Shown here: in pieces, positions 40,985 to 51,334 of the stretch
Numbering within the stretch: position 1 is the stretch's first letter
Layout: each line of letters begins with the position of its first letter
NCBI GenBank assembly: GCA_965219415.1
Contig: CBDCNP010000002.1
Coordinates: forward strand, 3,360,001 to 3,424,000
DNA: 64,000 nucleotides
Source of the DNA: Candidatus Marinacidobacterales bacterium
GTDB taxonomy: Bacteria; Acidobacteriota; Vicinamibacteria; Marinacidobacterales; DATDRI01
Direction: 5' to 3'
Notes under the pieces: model-generated
Told to the model about the DNA's origin: nothing
Databases searched by the model: none
What the model saw: only the letters and a program-made list of their open reading frames with translations
Position numbers and translations under genes: made by a program

Positions 40985-42362
40985 CTACGGCGCTAGCGAT
41001 CCGAAGACCACCTCGCCACCTAGCACGGTGGCGACAACCTTGATTTCATTGATGTCTTCGGCCGGAACGGTGAGGATGTCCTCCGCCAAGACGACAAAGT
41101 CCGCGTACTTCCCTGGCTCGATCGAACCCTTCTTGTGCTCCTCGAAAGTCGTGTAAGCGGATTGGTGCGTGATGGCCCGGATGGCCTCCTCGCGGGAGAT
41201 CCCTTGGTCGGCACCGAGGACATCCCCCCAGCCGGTCTGACGGGTAACCGCTATATCGATCTGCATCAAAGGGGTCGAACGAACAGAAATAGGCCGGTCG
41301 GCTCCCAGCGTCGTCATGACGCCGTTGTCCATCCAGTCCCTAAGTCGGTAGGACATGTCTGCTAGTGGCTTACCCCAATATTCTATGAACTTGTCTCCGA
41401 TAATGTAGTTGTGCCGAGGCTGCGCGTTCACGATCAATTCGAGTTCTTTGATCCGATCGTACTGATCCGGCTGCAGCAGTATGGCGTGATCGAGCATCCA
41501 ACGCTTACCGGCGATAGGAGTTTGAGCATTTGCGTATTCGAACGCCTCCAACGCCAGGTCGATCGCCGCGTCACCCACTACGTGTGGACCGGGACGCCAA
41601 CCATGGCGAGCTGCGGCGGCTACGAACATATTGAACTGTTCCTGGGGGACGACCAGCACCCCATGGTAATCGGGACGGCCCTTGTAGCCCCCTCGAAGAA
41701 ACGCCGACTCCTCCGCGCCGTCGAGTGTCAGCTCGGCAAGCCCGTCGGCGCGAAACATCCCGTCACCCCATGTCTCCCCCGGAGGGCCTGCGCCTCGAAG
41801 ACCGCGTCGACTTCCTCTTCGGGTGTGTTCGGGTCGACGTCGTAGCACCAATCCACGCGGGCGGTCAACTCCCCTTTGTCATAGAGCTCCCGCAGCATTT
41901 CGACCTGTTCCCTCGTACCTCCGCCCTCCCGAAAGCTCGTCATGCCCCAACTGTTCACCCGCCGAATTGCCTGAAGGATGCCGTCGAGCTGTTGCTCTCG
42001 GGTCAGTTTGGGAACATATTGGAGCAACGGGGCATGCGCCGCCTTTAGAAGAAACCCGGTGGGCTCGCCGTCCTCGCCCTTCCAGATCTCGCCCCCGGGG
42101 GGATCCTTTGTCTCCTTCGTGTAGCCCAGACTCTCGAGCGCCAAGCTGTTGACGATGTTGTAATGCCCGCCTCGTAGGACTACTGGGTTTTTCGGGGACA
42201 CCGGGTCGAGATCGTGGCGGTTCGGCAAACGCCCGTCCGCTAGCATGAACTGCCACCAACCGCCCTCACTAAAGATCCACTCGCCTGGCTCAGAACTCGC
42301 CACGCGCTCGGCAACGACCTCTTGGATGTCAGCGATGGACTCCACAGAAGTGAGATCGATTG
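40985..42362 (-). pseudogene. Amidohydrolase_3 (YtcJ-like), 5'-truncated at IS5, frameshift near 41780
   Basis: DPPGGEI..DGEPTGFL, HVVGDAA, GSIEPGKYADFVVL. Confidence 0.85.
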
Positions 42363-42363
42363 T

Positions 42364-43448
42364 GCCTTGGTGCACAACTCTCGATCTCGGTCCACAATTG
42401 TCCTGTACTCGCGGATACGAGGTTCCCCATGAGCATTTTCAAACGCACTCAGCGGAAGTATGTGAAGAAGGCCTATCGCGTGAGGAATTGGCGTGAATAT
42501 GAGGCGGGTCTACGCAACCGCGGGAGCCTGACCGTCTGGATCTCGCTCACCGCCGGGAAGCTTGTGAACTGGGACGCGTCCCGGCCAAGGAGGAGGAAAC
42601 CGGGCCGTCAACGCAAATACTCGAACCACGCCATCGAGACGGCTGTCACCCTGGGCATGGTGTTTCATCTGTCATCTAGGCAGAGCGAGGGATTGCTGCG
42701 GTCGTTGTTCGCTCTGATGAAGCTAGACAATGATGTGCCCGATCACACCACGATCTCGAGGCGCAAGCCGAAGCTGGGTAAGGTCCCCTTCTACCCAGTC
42801 AAGCAGAAGACGCCGTTGCACATCTTGATCGACAGCAGCGGTCTCGCTGTCCACGCCGGCCAGCTGCGCAGAGCACAAAAGAGCAGGGACTATCGCAAGC
42901 TCCATCTGTGTGTCGACGAGCAGAGTGGCGAAGTCGTCGCCGGCGAGCTGACGAGCAAAAGAGCCCGCGATTCATCGCGGGTTGCATCGCTTGTCGGACA
43001 GATCGACAGTCCCATCTCATCGGCCAGAGCTGACACCGCATACGACGCCGGCGGCGTCTATGAGGCAATCGAGAATCACAGCGCTCATCGCTCGCCGAGG
43101 GTGCTGATACCGCCGCGCAAGGGCGCCCTGCTCGCATCGGGGCCGGCGAGCAGCCGACAGCGCAATCGCAACATTGCAGCACAAGCTCGGCTCGGCAAAC
43201 GAAAGTGGCACACAGAATCGGGCTACAGCAAACGGAGCAAAGTCGAGACAACGTTCCATCGCTACAAGGCTATCGTGGGCTCAGCGATGCGAGCGAGAGG
43301 GTTGGCGGCACAGAGAGGTGAGGCAAGGATCGGGTGCAAGATTCTCAACACCATGACGGTGCTCGGGATGCCTGATAGCGAGATGATCGGATGATGGGAG
43401 TCGGGGCCAAGCGAGCTCTCGGCCTCTATCGGAGTTGTGCACCAAGGC
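42364..43448 (+). mobile_element. IS5-family IS (IS903-like group)
   Basis: 17-bp TIRs GCCTTGGTGCACAACTC / GAGTTGTGCACCAAGGC; no TSD. Confidence 0.9.
42429..43394 (+). CDS. IS5 family transposase
   Basis: YRVRNWREY..L..RGSLT.W, PDHTTISRR, IDSSG, ADTAYD, GYSKRSKVET. Confidence 0.9.
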   Translation: MSIFKRTQRKYVKKAYRVRNWREYEAGLRNRGSLTVWISLTAGKLVNWDASRPRRRKPGRQRKYSNHAIETAVTLGMVFHLSSRQSEGLLRSLFALMKLDNDVPDHTTISRRKPKLGKVPFYPVKQKTPLHILIDSSGLAVHAGQLRRAQKSRDYRKLHLCVDEQSGEVVAGELTSKRARDSSRVASLVGQIDSPISSARADTAYDAGGVYEAIENHSAHRSPRVLIPPRKGALLASGPASSRQRNRNIAAQARLGKRKWHTESGYSKRSKVETTFHRYKAIVGSAMRARGLAAQRGEARIGCKILNTMTVLGMPDSEMIG

Positions 43449-43449
43449 A

Positions 43450-43787
43450 GCGGATTGGTGGTTCTCCTGGCGATGTACACCGCGGTCTCGGCGCGAACTC
43501 GAGAGATCGGGATCCTCAAGTCACTGGGAGCTTCCAGGCGTTTCATCGTTTCCATTATCGAGAAAGAAGCCCTCGCCATCAGCGGAATCGGCGTCGTGGT
43601 AGGACTCCTGCTGTCCTTGTTGGTGGGGATGGGCATTTCGGAGATGACGTCGTTGGTGGTGGAGATGGAGCCTCTTTGGGTCTTGAAGGCTGGCCTCGTA
43701 GCCTTGCTGGCCGGAGCCGTGAGCGCTCTTTATCCGGCACTTCAAGCCGCCAAGCAGGATGCGGTGGAGGCAATATCACATGATTAA
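43450..43787 (+). pseudogene. ABC transporter permease (FtsX/MacB-like), C-terminal fragment
   Basis: RTREIGILKSLGAS and [15 protein letters not shown]; starts at the IS5 end. Confidence 0.85.
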
Positions 43788-44690
43788 GGAACTACAGATT
43801 GAGATGTCGAGCCCCGCTAGATCCTGCGGGGCGTCCAGTGGGCGTTGGATGCCACAAATCGAGTTCGGCAGGACGCCGGTTACCGAAATGGCGAGTCCCG
43901 CTAGATCTCCTCGGGCGTCCAGTGGGTGTTGGATGCCAAAAATCGAGTTCGGCAGGACGCCGGTGCTGGAGACGACCGGTCTCGAGATGCACTACCAGAT
44001 GGGAAGAGTGACGGTACCCGCCCTCCGGGGTGTAGATCTGAGGATCTATCAGGGAGAGTTCGTTTCCATTATGGGTAGCTCGGGCTCGGGGAAGTCGACG
44101 TTGCTTCACGTCATCGGGGGCCTCTTGTCGCCGACCGGTGGCCGGGTTTTCGTTCGCGGAGAAGGACATCACTTCCATGAGCGACTCTCAAAGAACGGAT
44201 CTTCGGCGCAGAGAAATAGGCTTCGTGTTCCAACGATTCAACCTCTTCCCCACACTGAGCGTGGAGGAGAACCTCGTGTTGGCGGAGAGAATTCATGCCG
44301 GGGGAAGTCCTCGTCATGGCGGAGACCGCGCGCGGCGAAAGGAGCTTCTCGGCCTTTTGGGGTTGGCCAAGAAACTCCATCACAAACCGAGCGAGCTCTC
44401 GGGGGGGGGAACAGCAGCGGGTAGCTCTGGCACGTGCGGTGGTGAACCGCCCCTCGATTCTTCTCGCCGATGAGCCCACCGGCAACCTCGACTCGGAGAA
44501 CTCGGAGATCGTTCTTGCCATGCTTCAAAAGTTGAACGGGGAGCTAGGCCAGACTATCGCGATGATCACGCACAACCCCCAAGCGGCCGACTACTCGATG
44601 AGAATACTTCGCATGAAAGACGGACAAGTCTACAGCGATTCGGTCGTTGAATCGCACAATCACCATGAGCGAGAAGTCTTCACCGAATGA
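43780..44690 (+). pseudogene. ABC transporter ATP-binding protein (LolD/MacB-like), two frameshifts
   Basis: [24 protein letters not shown]|[20 protein letters not shown]; second shift in a G run near 44400. Confidence 0.85.
43801..43964 (+). repeat. 2 x 84-bp in-frame tandem repeat related to the intergenic array at 24443-24636
   Basis: Units start at 43801 and 43885; share CCGCTAGATC..GGGCGTCCAGT..TGCCA..ATCGA..CGGCAGGACGCCGGT with 24570-24635. Confidence 0.85.
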
Positions 44691-44731
44691 CTCCATTCAC
44701 TAACCACAAACAACAACAAGGAGGAGAGTAA

Positions 44732-45148
44732 ATGAAACGACAAGCCTTGATGATTCTTGTAGGCGGAGCGCTTTTTGCCGCTTGTAACAGCTCGACATCG
44801 GTCAGCACCTTGTCCGACGTGCAGGACGAGTGGGCGCTCCAGGCCTTCGAGCTGAACGACGGAAGCCTCCAACAGGTTCCCGATCCAGAAAACTACACGA
44901 TCCTTTTTTCTGCCGACGGAAACGCGCATGCGCAAGTTGATTGCAACGTCTGCAATTGTTCTTACGAGACCGATGGGAACTCCATCAACCTGGGTCAAAT
45001 GGCTTGCACTCTAGCGGCCTGTCCCCCGGGGTCTTTGGACTCGCAGTATCAAGCCGCTCTAAGCTCGACGTCTGCCTTCGTGCGAAAGGGAGCCGAGCTT
45101 TCGCTCGGTTATACCGGGGGCACGATGCGGTTCACCGTCAGCGAATAG
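44732..45148 (+). CDS. META domain lipoprotein
   Basis: Lipobox FAAC; W.L, DCN, MACTLAAC. Confidence 0.85.
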   Translation: MKRQALMILVGGALFAACNSSTSVSTLSDVQDEWALQAFELNDGSLQQVPDPENYTILFSADGNAHAQVDCNVCNCSYETDGNSINLGQMACTLAACPPGSLDSQYQAALSSTSAFVRKGAELSLGYTGGTMRFTVSE

Positions 45149-45340
45149 CTGATGAGTTCTCGGGAGGTTCATGCATGGCGGCCCACCCCGCCGCCTCCTC
45201 GAGGAGCTTACCCCTCTCGTACACACGCCCGCCAAGAATAATCTGCTCGATCTGCCACAGGGCGCGGATATCCTGCGCCAGATTTCCTCGAACGATCACT
45301 AAATCGGCGAACGAGCTGACTAAGCCCACATCGGGGTAAT
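45138..45340 (-). pseudogene. C-terminal remnant of an amidohydrolase
   Basis: ADLVIVRGNLAQDIRAL..I..IILGGRVY. Confidence 0.6.
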
Positions 45341-45371
45341 CGGCATCGGAGCTTCATCGGAATCCTACCTC

Positions 45372-45566
45372 TCACATGCTTGGTCGAGCGAGGAGCAGTA
45401 CGCAGCCGAGCGTAGCCAGTCCCCCGAAGACGAGCAGGCTCAAGTGCGTTCCGTCGCTTATGAAACGAACCGCACCGTAAAGGGTCAAGGCGTTGCTGAA
45501 GAAATTCAACACCAATCCCCAAACTCGACCGGTCACCGGGCCATAGCGTCGGTCTAGGTCGATCAT
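45372..45566 (-). CDS. Small two-TM hypothetical protein
   Basis: ATG overlaps the transporter stop; two hydrophobic segments. Confidence 0.55.
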   Translation of the reverse strand: MIDLDRRYGPVTGRVWGLVLNFFSNALTLYGAVRFISDGTHLSLLVFGGLATLGCVLLLARPSM

Positions 45567-46930
45567 CGTACCCACCACCCGAGTCGGTTGAATATGTAGA
45601 TGAGGGCGACTCCGTTGAGCAGCGTGATCTGGAGCATGACGCCCAAATTCCAGAGATACGATTTGGAGCGGTTTTCGCCCAGGACTTTACGATCGTTCAA
45701 CAACAGATAGAACGACCAACCGACGATGTTGTTCGCCAAGGACAAGAAGGCCCCGATCGCTACCACCAGCCAAACCGGCCGGTCGTACCAGACCGCGAGG
45801 AAGCCGATCTGAGGTGCGAGTGCGCTCAGCCGCCAACGCCAAGAGCTCGTATCGGGTTCCCAACCGAACGCTTCATGGATGGCGATCGCTCCTGCCAGAC
45901 TCATGCCCACGGTCGTCGTCACCGGCACCGCCAGGAACGCGACGAAAAAGAGCGCTTGTGACCAGGTTGGGCCTAGCAGCGGCATGAGGGATTCCGCAAG
46001 TGCGGGGGCATTGACCTCTTGCGGATGGAGCCCGAGTTTATGAAGCGTTCCAGCGAAGACCGCGATGACGAGGTAGTTCACCAGTACGAAGGGTAGAAAG
46101 AGTCCAAAAACGATGTCGAAGCGGGCTAGATGCTCGTGTTTTCGTCCCCAACCGCGGGCTAGTCCGGCGTATTGAAAGAGAACCCAGTCCATGACGCCGA
46201 TCGCCGCCGCGGAAGAGGCCACGAAAAGATCCACACCCGCCACCCCGGATGGGAGCCACGGGACGAATAGCCCTCGCAGCATCGCGCTCCAATCGATGCC
46301 AACCAACACGAGACATATCGCGAAGCTCACCAACATGACTCCAATGCTGATCTTCATGAAGTTCTCGACCAACTTGATGCCACGTTTTCCCCGTCCGTAA
46401 GTCAACGTCAACCAGCTGGTGAGCGCCATATACAGCACCCAGTTGTATTGGCGAGGAAACTCGAATCCCATCAATGGCGTCAGTGACTCGATGAAATGAG
46501 TGCCCAAGCTGTACTGGCCCCAATTGAAGACGATCGCGACCGCGGACGTACCGATCAGCGCCGTCATCAGGGAACCGATGATCCAGCCGTGATACTCGTT
46601 CTGGAGGGCTATGACGCGAAGACCGCGGGTGGTGAATCGTGCACTCGCAGCCATCATAAAACAACCCAAGCCCATGGATACCCAGAGGAGCCACATCGTT
46701 CGATAACCGAAGGTGGCGCCCGAGAGCATGGCCGCGGCCAGCGTGCCCCCACCAAGCGTGAGCGCCGCATCCATGAAGCCCGGGCCCCCCAACCGCAAGT
46801 AGCCCCGAAGTTTCCCCAACCACGGCGACTTCTCTAACCGCTCGAGCTCTCTGATTTCCGCCTCGAGAACGGCAGGAGGAATAGCCTTGGCAATAGGATA
46901 GCGCTCGACGCTTTGCTTGGACTTATCCAT
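45563..46930 (-). CDS. NRAMP/MntH-like divalent metal or solute transporter
   Basis: GPGFMDAALTLGGG, GATFGYRTMW; about 11 TM segments. Confidence 0.7.
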   Translation of the reverse strand: MDKSKQSVERYPIAKAIPPAVLEAEIRELERLEKSPWLGKLRGYLRLGGPGFMDAALTLGGGTLAAAMLSGATFGYRTMWLLWVSMGLGCFMMAASARFTTRGLRVIALQNEYHGWIIGSLMTALIGTSAVAIVFNWGQYSLGTHFIESLTPLMGFEFPRQYNWVLYMALTSWLTLTYGRGKRGIKLVENFMKISIGVMLVSFAICLVLVGIDWSAMLRGLFVPWLPSGVAGVDLFVASSAAAIGVMDWVLFQYAGLARGWGRKHEHLARFDIVFGLFLPFVLVNYLVIAVFAGTLHKLGLHPQEVNAPALAESLMPLLGPTWSQALFFVAFLAVPVTTTVGMSLAGAIAIHEAFGWEPDTSSWRWRLSALAPQIGFLAVWYDRPVWLVVAIGAFLSLANNIVGWSFYLLLNDRKVLGENRSKSYLWNLGVMLQITLLNGVALIYIFNRLGWWVR

Positions 46931-47021
46931 GGGAGTGGAGCTATTTATACCACCTCAAGGTGTTGGCTTGGTGCTGGGGACTTTGTTTTCCACAAGGATT
47001 TTGAACTATTCTTAGCGTCCA

Positions 47022-48101
47022 ATGCCCGCACCCGAAGCCGATACCATGAGGGCGGTCGTGATCCATGAGCATGGCGGACCGGAAGTACTCAAGCTCGAGC
47101 CGGCGTGGCCGCGACCGAAAGCCGGGCCGGGTGAGATTCGTGTCAAGATCAAAACTTGTGCCCTGAACTTTCTGGACATCTTCGTTCGCAACGGGATGCC
47201 GGGCGAACCTACGCCTCTTCCTCACATCACCGGCGGTGATATTGCCGGCGTGGTCGATTCGGCCGGGGAGAATGTGACTCGACCAGCGGTAGGCGATCGT
47301 GTGCTTCTCAATCCCACCTGGGGATGCGGCACGTGCGAGTACTGCCTCGAGGGTCAGACACCGCGGTGTCTGCGGATACACATGTTGGGCGAGGTTGAGC
47401 CCGGCGGCCTCGCGGAATATGTGGTTTGCCCCGCCGGTCAAGCGATCTTGATTCCCGCGGGTTACTCGTTCGACGACGCCGCGTGCTTGCCGGTTACCTA
47501 CGGGACCGCCTGGCGCATGGTGGTCACCCATGGGCGTGTGAAGCCCGGCGATGCGGTGTTGGTACTCGGCGCTGGAGGCGGCGTTGCGGTGGCCGCGATT
47601 CAAATCGCCAAGCTCCTGAACGCTCGGGTGATCGCCACCGCGTCCACCCAGCAAAAGCTAGATCGTGCGAAGGAGTTCGGAGCCGACGACGTCATTAATT
47701 ATGTCGAGGATAAAGAGTGGGACCAGACGGTTCGGCGGGTCACCGGAAAACGTGGGGTGGAGGTTGTGATCGAGTCGGTCGGTGCCGCCACCTGGGAACG
47801 TAGCATCCGGGCGCTTGGCAAGGGAGGACGCCTGGTAACCTGTGGCGCCACTTCCGGTCCGATCGGCCTCACCGACATCCGTTATCTATTCCGCCGCGAG
47901 CAGAAACTTCTGGGCAGTAACGGTTGGACTCACGAGGAGCTCGAGGAAGTCACCGCCCTAGCCTCCGAAGGCAAGCTTTGCCCGGTCGTGGATCGAACGC
48001 TACCCCTCGAACGCACCGCCGAAGGAGAGATCGCTCTCGAGAAACGCGAAGTCTTCGGCAAAGTCGTCATCCGACCGGAGAGTGGAGATGCTCCCCGATA
48101 A
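47022..48101 (+). CDS. Zn-binding medium-chain dehydrogenase
   Basis: CGTCEYCLEG..C, GAGGGVA, GRLVTCGATSG. Confidence 0.9.
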   Translation: MPAPEADTMRAVVIHEHGGPEVLKLEPAWPRPKAGPGEIRVKIKTCALNFLDIFVRNGMPGEPTPLPHITGGDIAGVVDSAGENVTRPAVGDRVLLNPTWGCGTCEYCLEGQTPRCLRIHMLGEVEPGGLAEYVVCPAGQAILIPAGYSFDDAACLPVTYGTAWRMVVTHGRVKPGDAVLVLGAGGGVAVAAIQIAKLLNARVIATASTQQKLDRAKEFGADDVINYVEDKEWDQTVRRVTGKRGVEVVIESVGAATWERSIRALGKGGRLVTCGATSGPIGLTDIRYLFRREQKLLGSNGWTHEELEEVTALASEGKLCPVVDRTLPLERTAEGEIALEKREVFGKVVIRPESGDAPR

Positions 48102-49632
48102 TTTGGGGCATATTTTCGACGTCCCGTTACGCCTCACCCCCGACGAGCCCGCCGTCTTCCAGGACGACACCGTACTCTCGTTCCAAAACCTTGAGGCTCG
48201 ATGCAATCGAATGGCCAACGCACTCCGCGGGATTGGTGTCGCGGAGGGCGAGCGAGTGGCGCTGATGTTCAGCAACGATTACCGCTTCTTGGAGTCCGCT
48301 TTCGGCCCGATGCGCCTCGGGGCGGTCCCCGTTCCGCTCAACACGCGGATGAGCGATGCAGCCTTGAGCTACGTGCTTCAGGACTCGGAGGCGTCGGTTC
48401 TCATCGCCAATCGGGATATGGCCGATCGCGCGCGTCTACTCGCGAAGGATGTTCAGGGGTTGAAGAACATCATCGTGGATGCTCCGGCAGGAGAAGGATT
48501 TCTCTCCTATGACCGATTCCTCGAATCGCAGCCCGATAGCCTCGAGCGACGGCGCACCGACCCCGACGAGATCTGCATGCAGCCATACACCTCCGGTTCG
48601 ACGGGTAAGCCGAAGGGTGTCCTTCTTACCCACGGCGGCCAGATTTGGAACACCGACATCTTGCGCAAGGCCTTTCACGCAGACCAGAGCGAGCGAGCCC
48701 TAATCTCCGTGCCGCTCTATCACAAGAACGCGATGATCGGCGCGGTCAAGCCCTTCTTGCTCGCCGGCGGATCACTCGTTATCTTGCCCGGCTTGGATCC
48801 GCTTCAGGTCATCGAGGCCATCGAGCGACATCGCGTGACCTATCTCACGGGCGTGCCGGCGATGTACAAAATGGTCCTCGCGGAAAAGGAGGCGCTGGCT
48901 CGGCACGACGTGAGCTCCATCCGCTACGCCGTCTGCGGGTCGGCCGAAGTCCCCGAGGAGCTTCTAGAAGAGTTCGGGCGTGTTTTTGGTGCGCCCATGG
49001 CGGAGAGCTACGGTCTCACTGAGGGTGGGCCCGTGCCGATCGTGAATTCGCGTTGGGGACTCAAGAAGCGAGGAAGTTGTGGGACTGCCTTTCCAGGTTG
49101 CGACGTGAAGCTAGTTGCCAAAGACGGATCGACGGAAGTGCGCGCGAACGAAGTCGGAGAGTTGGTCACGCGCAACCCCGGCCTCGCGAAAGGTTACTGG
49201 AAGCGGCCGGAAGCAACGGCGGAGAGATTCCGTGACGGTTGGCTTTACACCGGAGACCTGATGCGCCGAGACGAGGACGGCTTCTACTACTTCTTGGGGC
49301 GGAAAGACGACATGATCAATGTGGGCGGCGAGAATGTCTATCCGAAAGAGGTCGAGGACATTCTTCTGAGGAATCCTCAACTAAGGGACGCTTGCGTCGT
49401 CCCGGTGCAGCACGCGGTGAAAGGTGCGGTACCCGTGGCCTTTGTCGTGGAGCGGACCGAGGGGCAAACTTCGGAAGAGGAGGTCAAGGCCTTTTTCCTC
49501 GAGAACGGAGCGGCTTACGCTCATCCGAGGCACGTCTTTTTTCTCGAGCGCCTACCGCTAGGCGGTACCGGAAAATTGGACCGTGCCGCCCTCCGCGCAT
49601 TGGCGGAGGAGAGAGTGAGCAATCGGGAATGA
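48082..49632 (+). CDS. Acyl-CoA synthetase / class I adenylate-forming enzyme
   Basis: YTSGSTGKPKG, SYGLTE, TGD, GRKDDMI..GGENVYP. Confidence 0.9.
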   Translation: MEMLPDNLGHIFDVPLRLTPDEPAVFQDDTVLSFQNLEARCNRMANALRGIGVAEGERVALMFSNDYRFLESAFGPMRLGAVPVPLNTRMSDAALSYVLQDSEASVLIANRDMADRARLLAKDVQGLKNIIVDAPAGEGFLSYDRFLESQPDSLERRRTDPDEICMQPYTSGSTGKPKGVLLTHGGQIWNTDILRKAFHADQSERALISVPLYHKNAMIGAVKPFLLAGGSLVILPGLDPLQVIEAIERHRVTYLTGVPAMYKMVLAEKEALARHDVSSIRYAVCGSAEVPEELLEEFGRVFGAPMAESYGLTEGGPVPIVNSRWGLKKRGSCGTAFPGCDVKLVAKDGSTEVRANEVGELVTRNPGLAKGYWKRPEATAERFRDGWLYTGDLMRRDEDGFYYFLGRKDDMINVGGENVYPKEVEDILLRNPQLRDACVVPVQHAVKGAVPVAFVVERTEGQTSEEEVKAFFLENGAAYAHPRHVFFLERLPLGGTGKLDRAALRALAEERVSNRE

Positions 49633-50024
49633 GTGGAAACGACATCCGCATCGACGATTCTCCTTACCAGCGGTTTCTAGGAGTCGAGATGGTTCGCAGC
49701 GAGGACGGCTTGGTGGAGATCCGATTGCCCTTCCGCGATGAATTTCTGAGACAAGACGGATCCGACTGGTTGCACGGTGGTGTGATCAGCTCTCTCATCG
49801 ACTTAGCTGGCGATTATGCGATCACTACCAAGGCCAGCGGCAACATCCCGACTATCGATCTTCGAATCGATTTTCTCCGTCCGGCCCGTAAAGGAGATCT
49901 CGTCGCCATCGGACGCACCGTTAAGGTCGGTCGCACCATCGGCGTGGCCGACGTCGAGGTTCGAGATTCCAGTGGAGCATTGATCGCCGTGGGGCGCGGC
50001 ACCTATGCCGTGCAGAAGTCTTAA
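49629..50024 (+). CDS. PaaI family thioesterase
   Basis: LHGGVISSLID and TIDLRIDFLRPA. Confidence 0.9.
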   Translation: MSGNDIRIDDSPYQRFLGVEMVRSEDGLVEIRLPFRDEFLRQDGSDWLHGGVISSLIDLAGDYAITTKASGNIPTIDLRIDFLRPARKGDLVAIGRTVKVGRTIGVADVEVRDSSGALIAVGRGTYAVQKS

Positions 50025-51334
50025 CGGCGGAGAATGGGAAGAGCCAGCGGCGGAGTGTTGATGAAATCCAGCGCTCTCATCTCGCTCAACGCTTTCTTGA
50101 GCGCGGGAAGGGGAGTGGGGTCGACCGAGATGACGAACGGCAAGTTGTCTCGCTCCCGCCAGCTTTCCTGTAGCACCGAATCGATGTTGATCTTGTGACG
50201 ACCCAGGATCTCGGCGAGGGTGGCAATAATCCCCGGTTGGTCGCGGATGAAGAACCTTACGTAGAAGGGCCAGCTTTCGAGCGGCGAGAAATCGTCTGCG
50301 TCCCCACTGTTTTGGGCCTGTGGTGCGGTGAAGACCGTTTTTCCTTGCCGCCAGCGAGCGGCATTCAGGATGTCGGCCACCACGGACACCGCGGTCGGAT
50401 TCCCTCCTGCCCCTTCCCCGCTGAAGAGGGCGGAGCCGAGCCGCGCGCCAGTAACCTCGATCGCGTTCACAACTCCCGAGATCTTCGACAAGGTAAGCTG
50501 TTTATCGATCAAGAAGGGGCTCGCCCACATCGAGACATTTTTCTCGCCGAGGCTTGCCACGCCCAGCATGCGTATTGTCGTCCCCAGTCGGTTGGAGTAG
50601 AGGAAGTCGACCGGATCGATCTCGGATATCCCCTGAGTGGCCAACTGTTCCGGCTTGGCCCATCGACCGAAGGCGAGGGCGGCCAGGATCGTCAACTTGT
50701 CGGCGGTATCCCGGCCGGAGATATCGAGTGAGGGATCGGCCTCGGCATAGCCAAGTTCCTGAGCCTGCGCCAGGACGTCCCGGAACTCGCGGTTCGTAGC
50801 CGCCATCTCCGAAAGGATGAAATTACACGTTCCGTTGAGAATGCCGCGAATAGAGAGGATACGGTCCGCGACCAGGGAGCGTCGCAACAAGCGAAGGATG
50901 GGAATGCCTCCCGCCACCGACGCTTCGAAGCCTAGGTAGGCCTCCCTCTTTTCAGCCAGCTCTAGGTACTGGCTTCCCGAGTCGGCCATCAACTGTTTGT
51001 TGGCGGTCACCACGGCTTTTTTCTTCTGCAAGCCTTCCCGAATGATCCGATCTGCGGGGTCGGCTCCCCCGATCAACTCGACGACGATGTCAGCGGGACT
51101 AGCCAGAAACTCGTCGATCGAATCGGTTACCGCGACGCCGGGCGCTAAAGCGGAGAGATCTTTCTTGCGGTGACTGCGGTCGAAAATCAGGCTGAGCTCG
51201 AGGTCCGAACCACTGGTCTTGCGCAAGCGGGCGCTATCTTCTATTAGTTGCCGGACGACTGCGCGTCCCACGGTGCCTAGACCGGCAAGGGCAATTCGCG
51301 AGCGGGGGAGGGAGCCCTCATCGCTTGTCGACAA
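50021..51334 (-). CDS. hom: Homoserine dehydrogenase with ACT domain
   Basis: GLGTVG, VVTANK, FEASVAGGIP, GILNGTCN, GYAEADP. Confidence 0.95.
   Translation of the reverse strand: MSTSDEGSLPRSRIALAGLGTVGRAVVRQLIEDSARLRKTSGSDLELSLIFDRSHRKKDLSALAPGVAVTDSIDEFLASPADIVVELIGGADPADRIIREGLQKKKAVVTANKQLMADSGSQYLELAEKREAYLGFEASVAGGIPILRLLRRSLVADRILSIRGILNGTCNFILSEMAATNREFRDVLAQAQELGYAEADPSLDISGRDTADKLTILAALAFGRWAKPEQLATQGISEIDPVDFLYSNRLGTTIRMLGVASLGEKNVSMWASPFLIDKQLTLSKISGVVNAIEVTGARLGSALFSGEGAGGNPTAVSVVADILNAARWRQGKTVFTAPQAQNSGDADDFSPLESWPFYVRFFIRDQPGIIATLAEILGRHKINIDSVLQESWRERDNLPFVISVDPTPLPALKKALSEMRALDFINTPPLALPILRR

Noticed and set aside
49239-49628. N-terminal extension of the PaaI ORF
   Set aside because: It overlaps the CoA ligase out of frame; the real ATG is at 49629.
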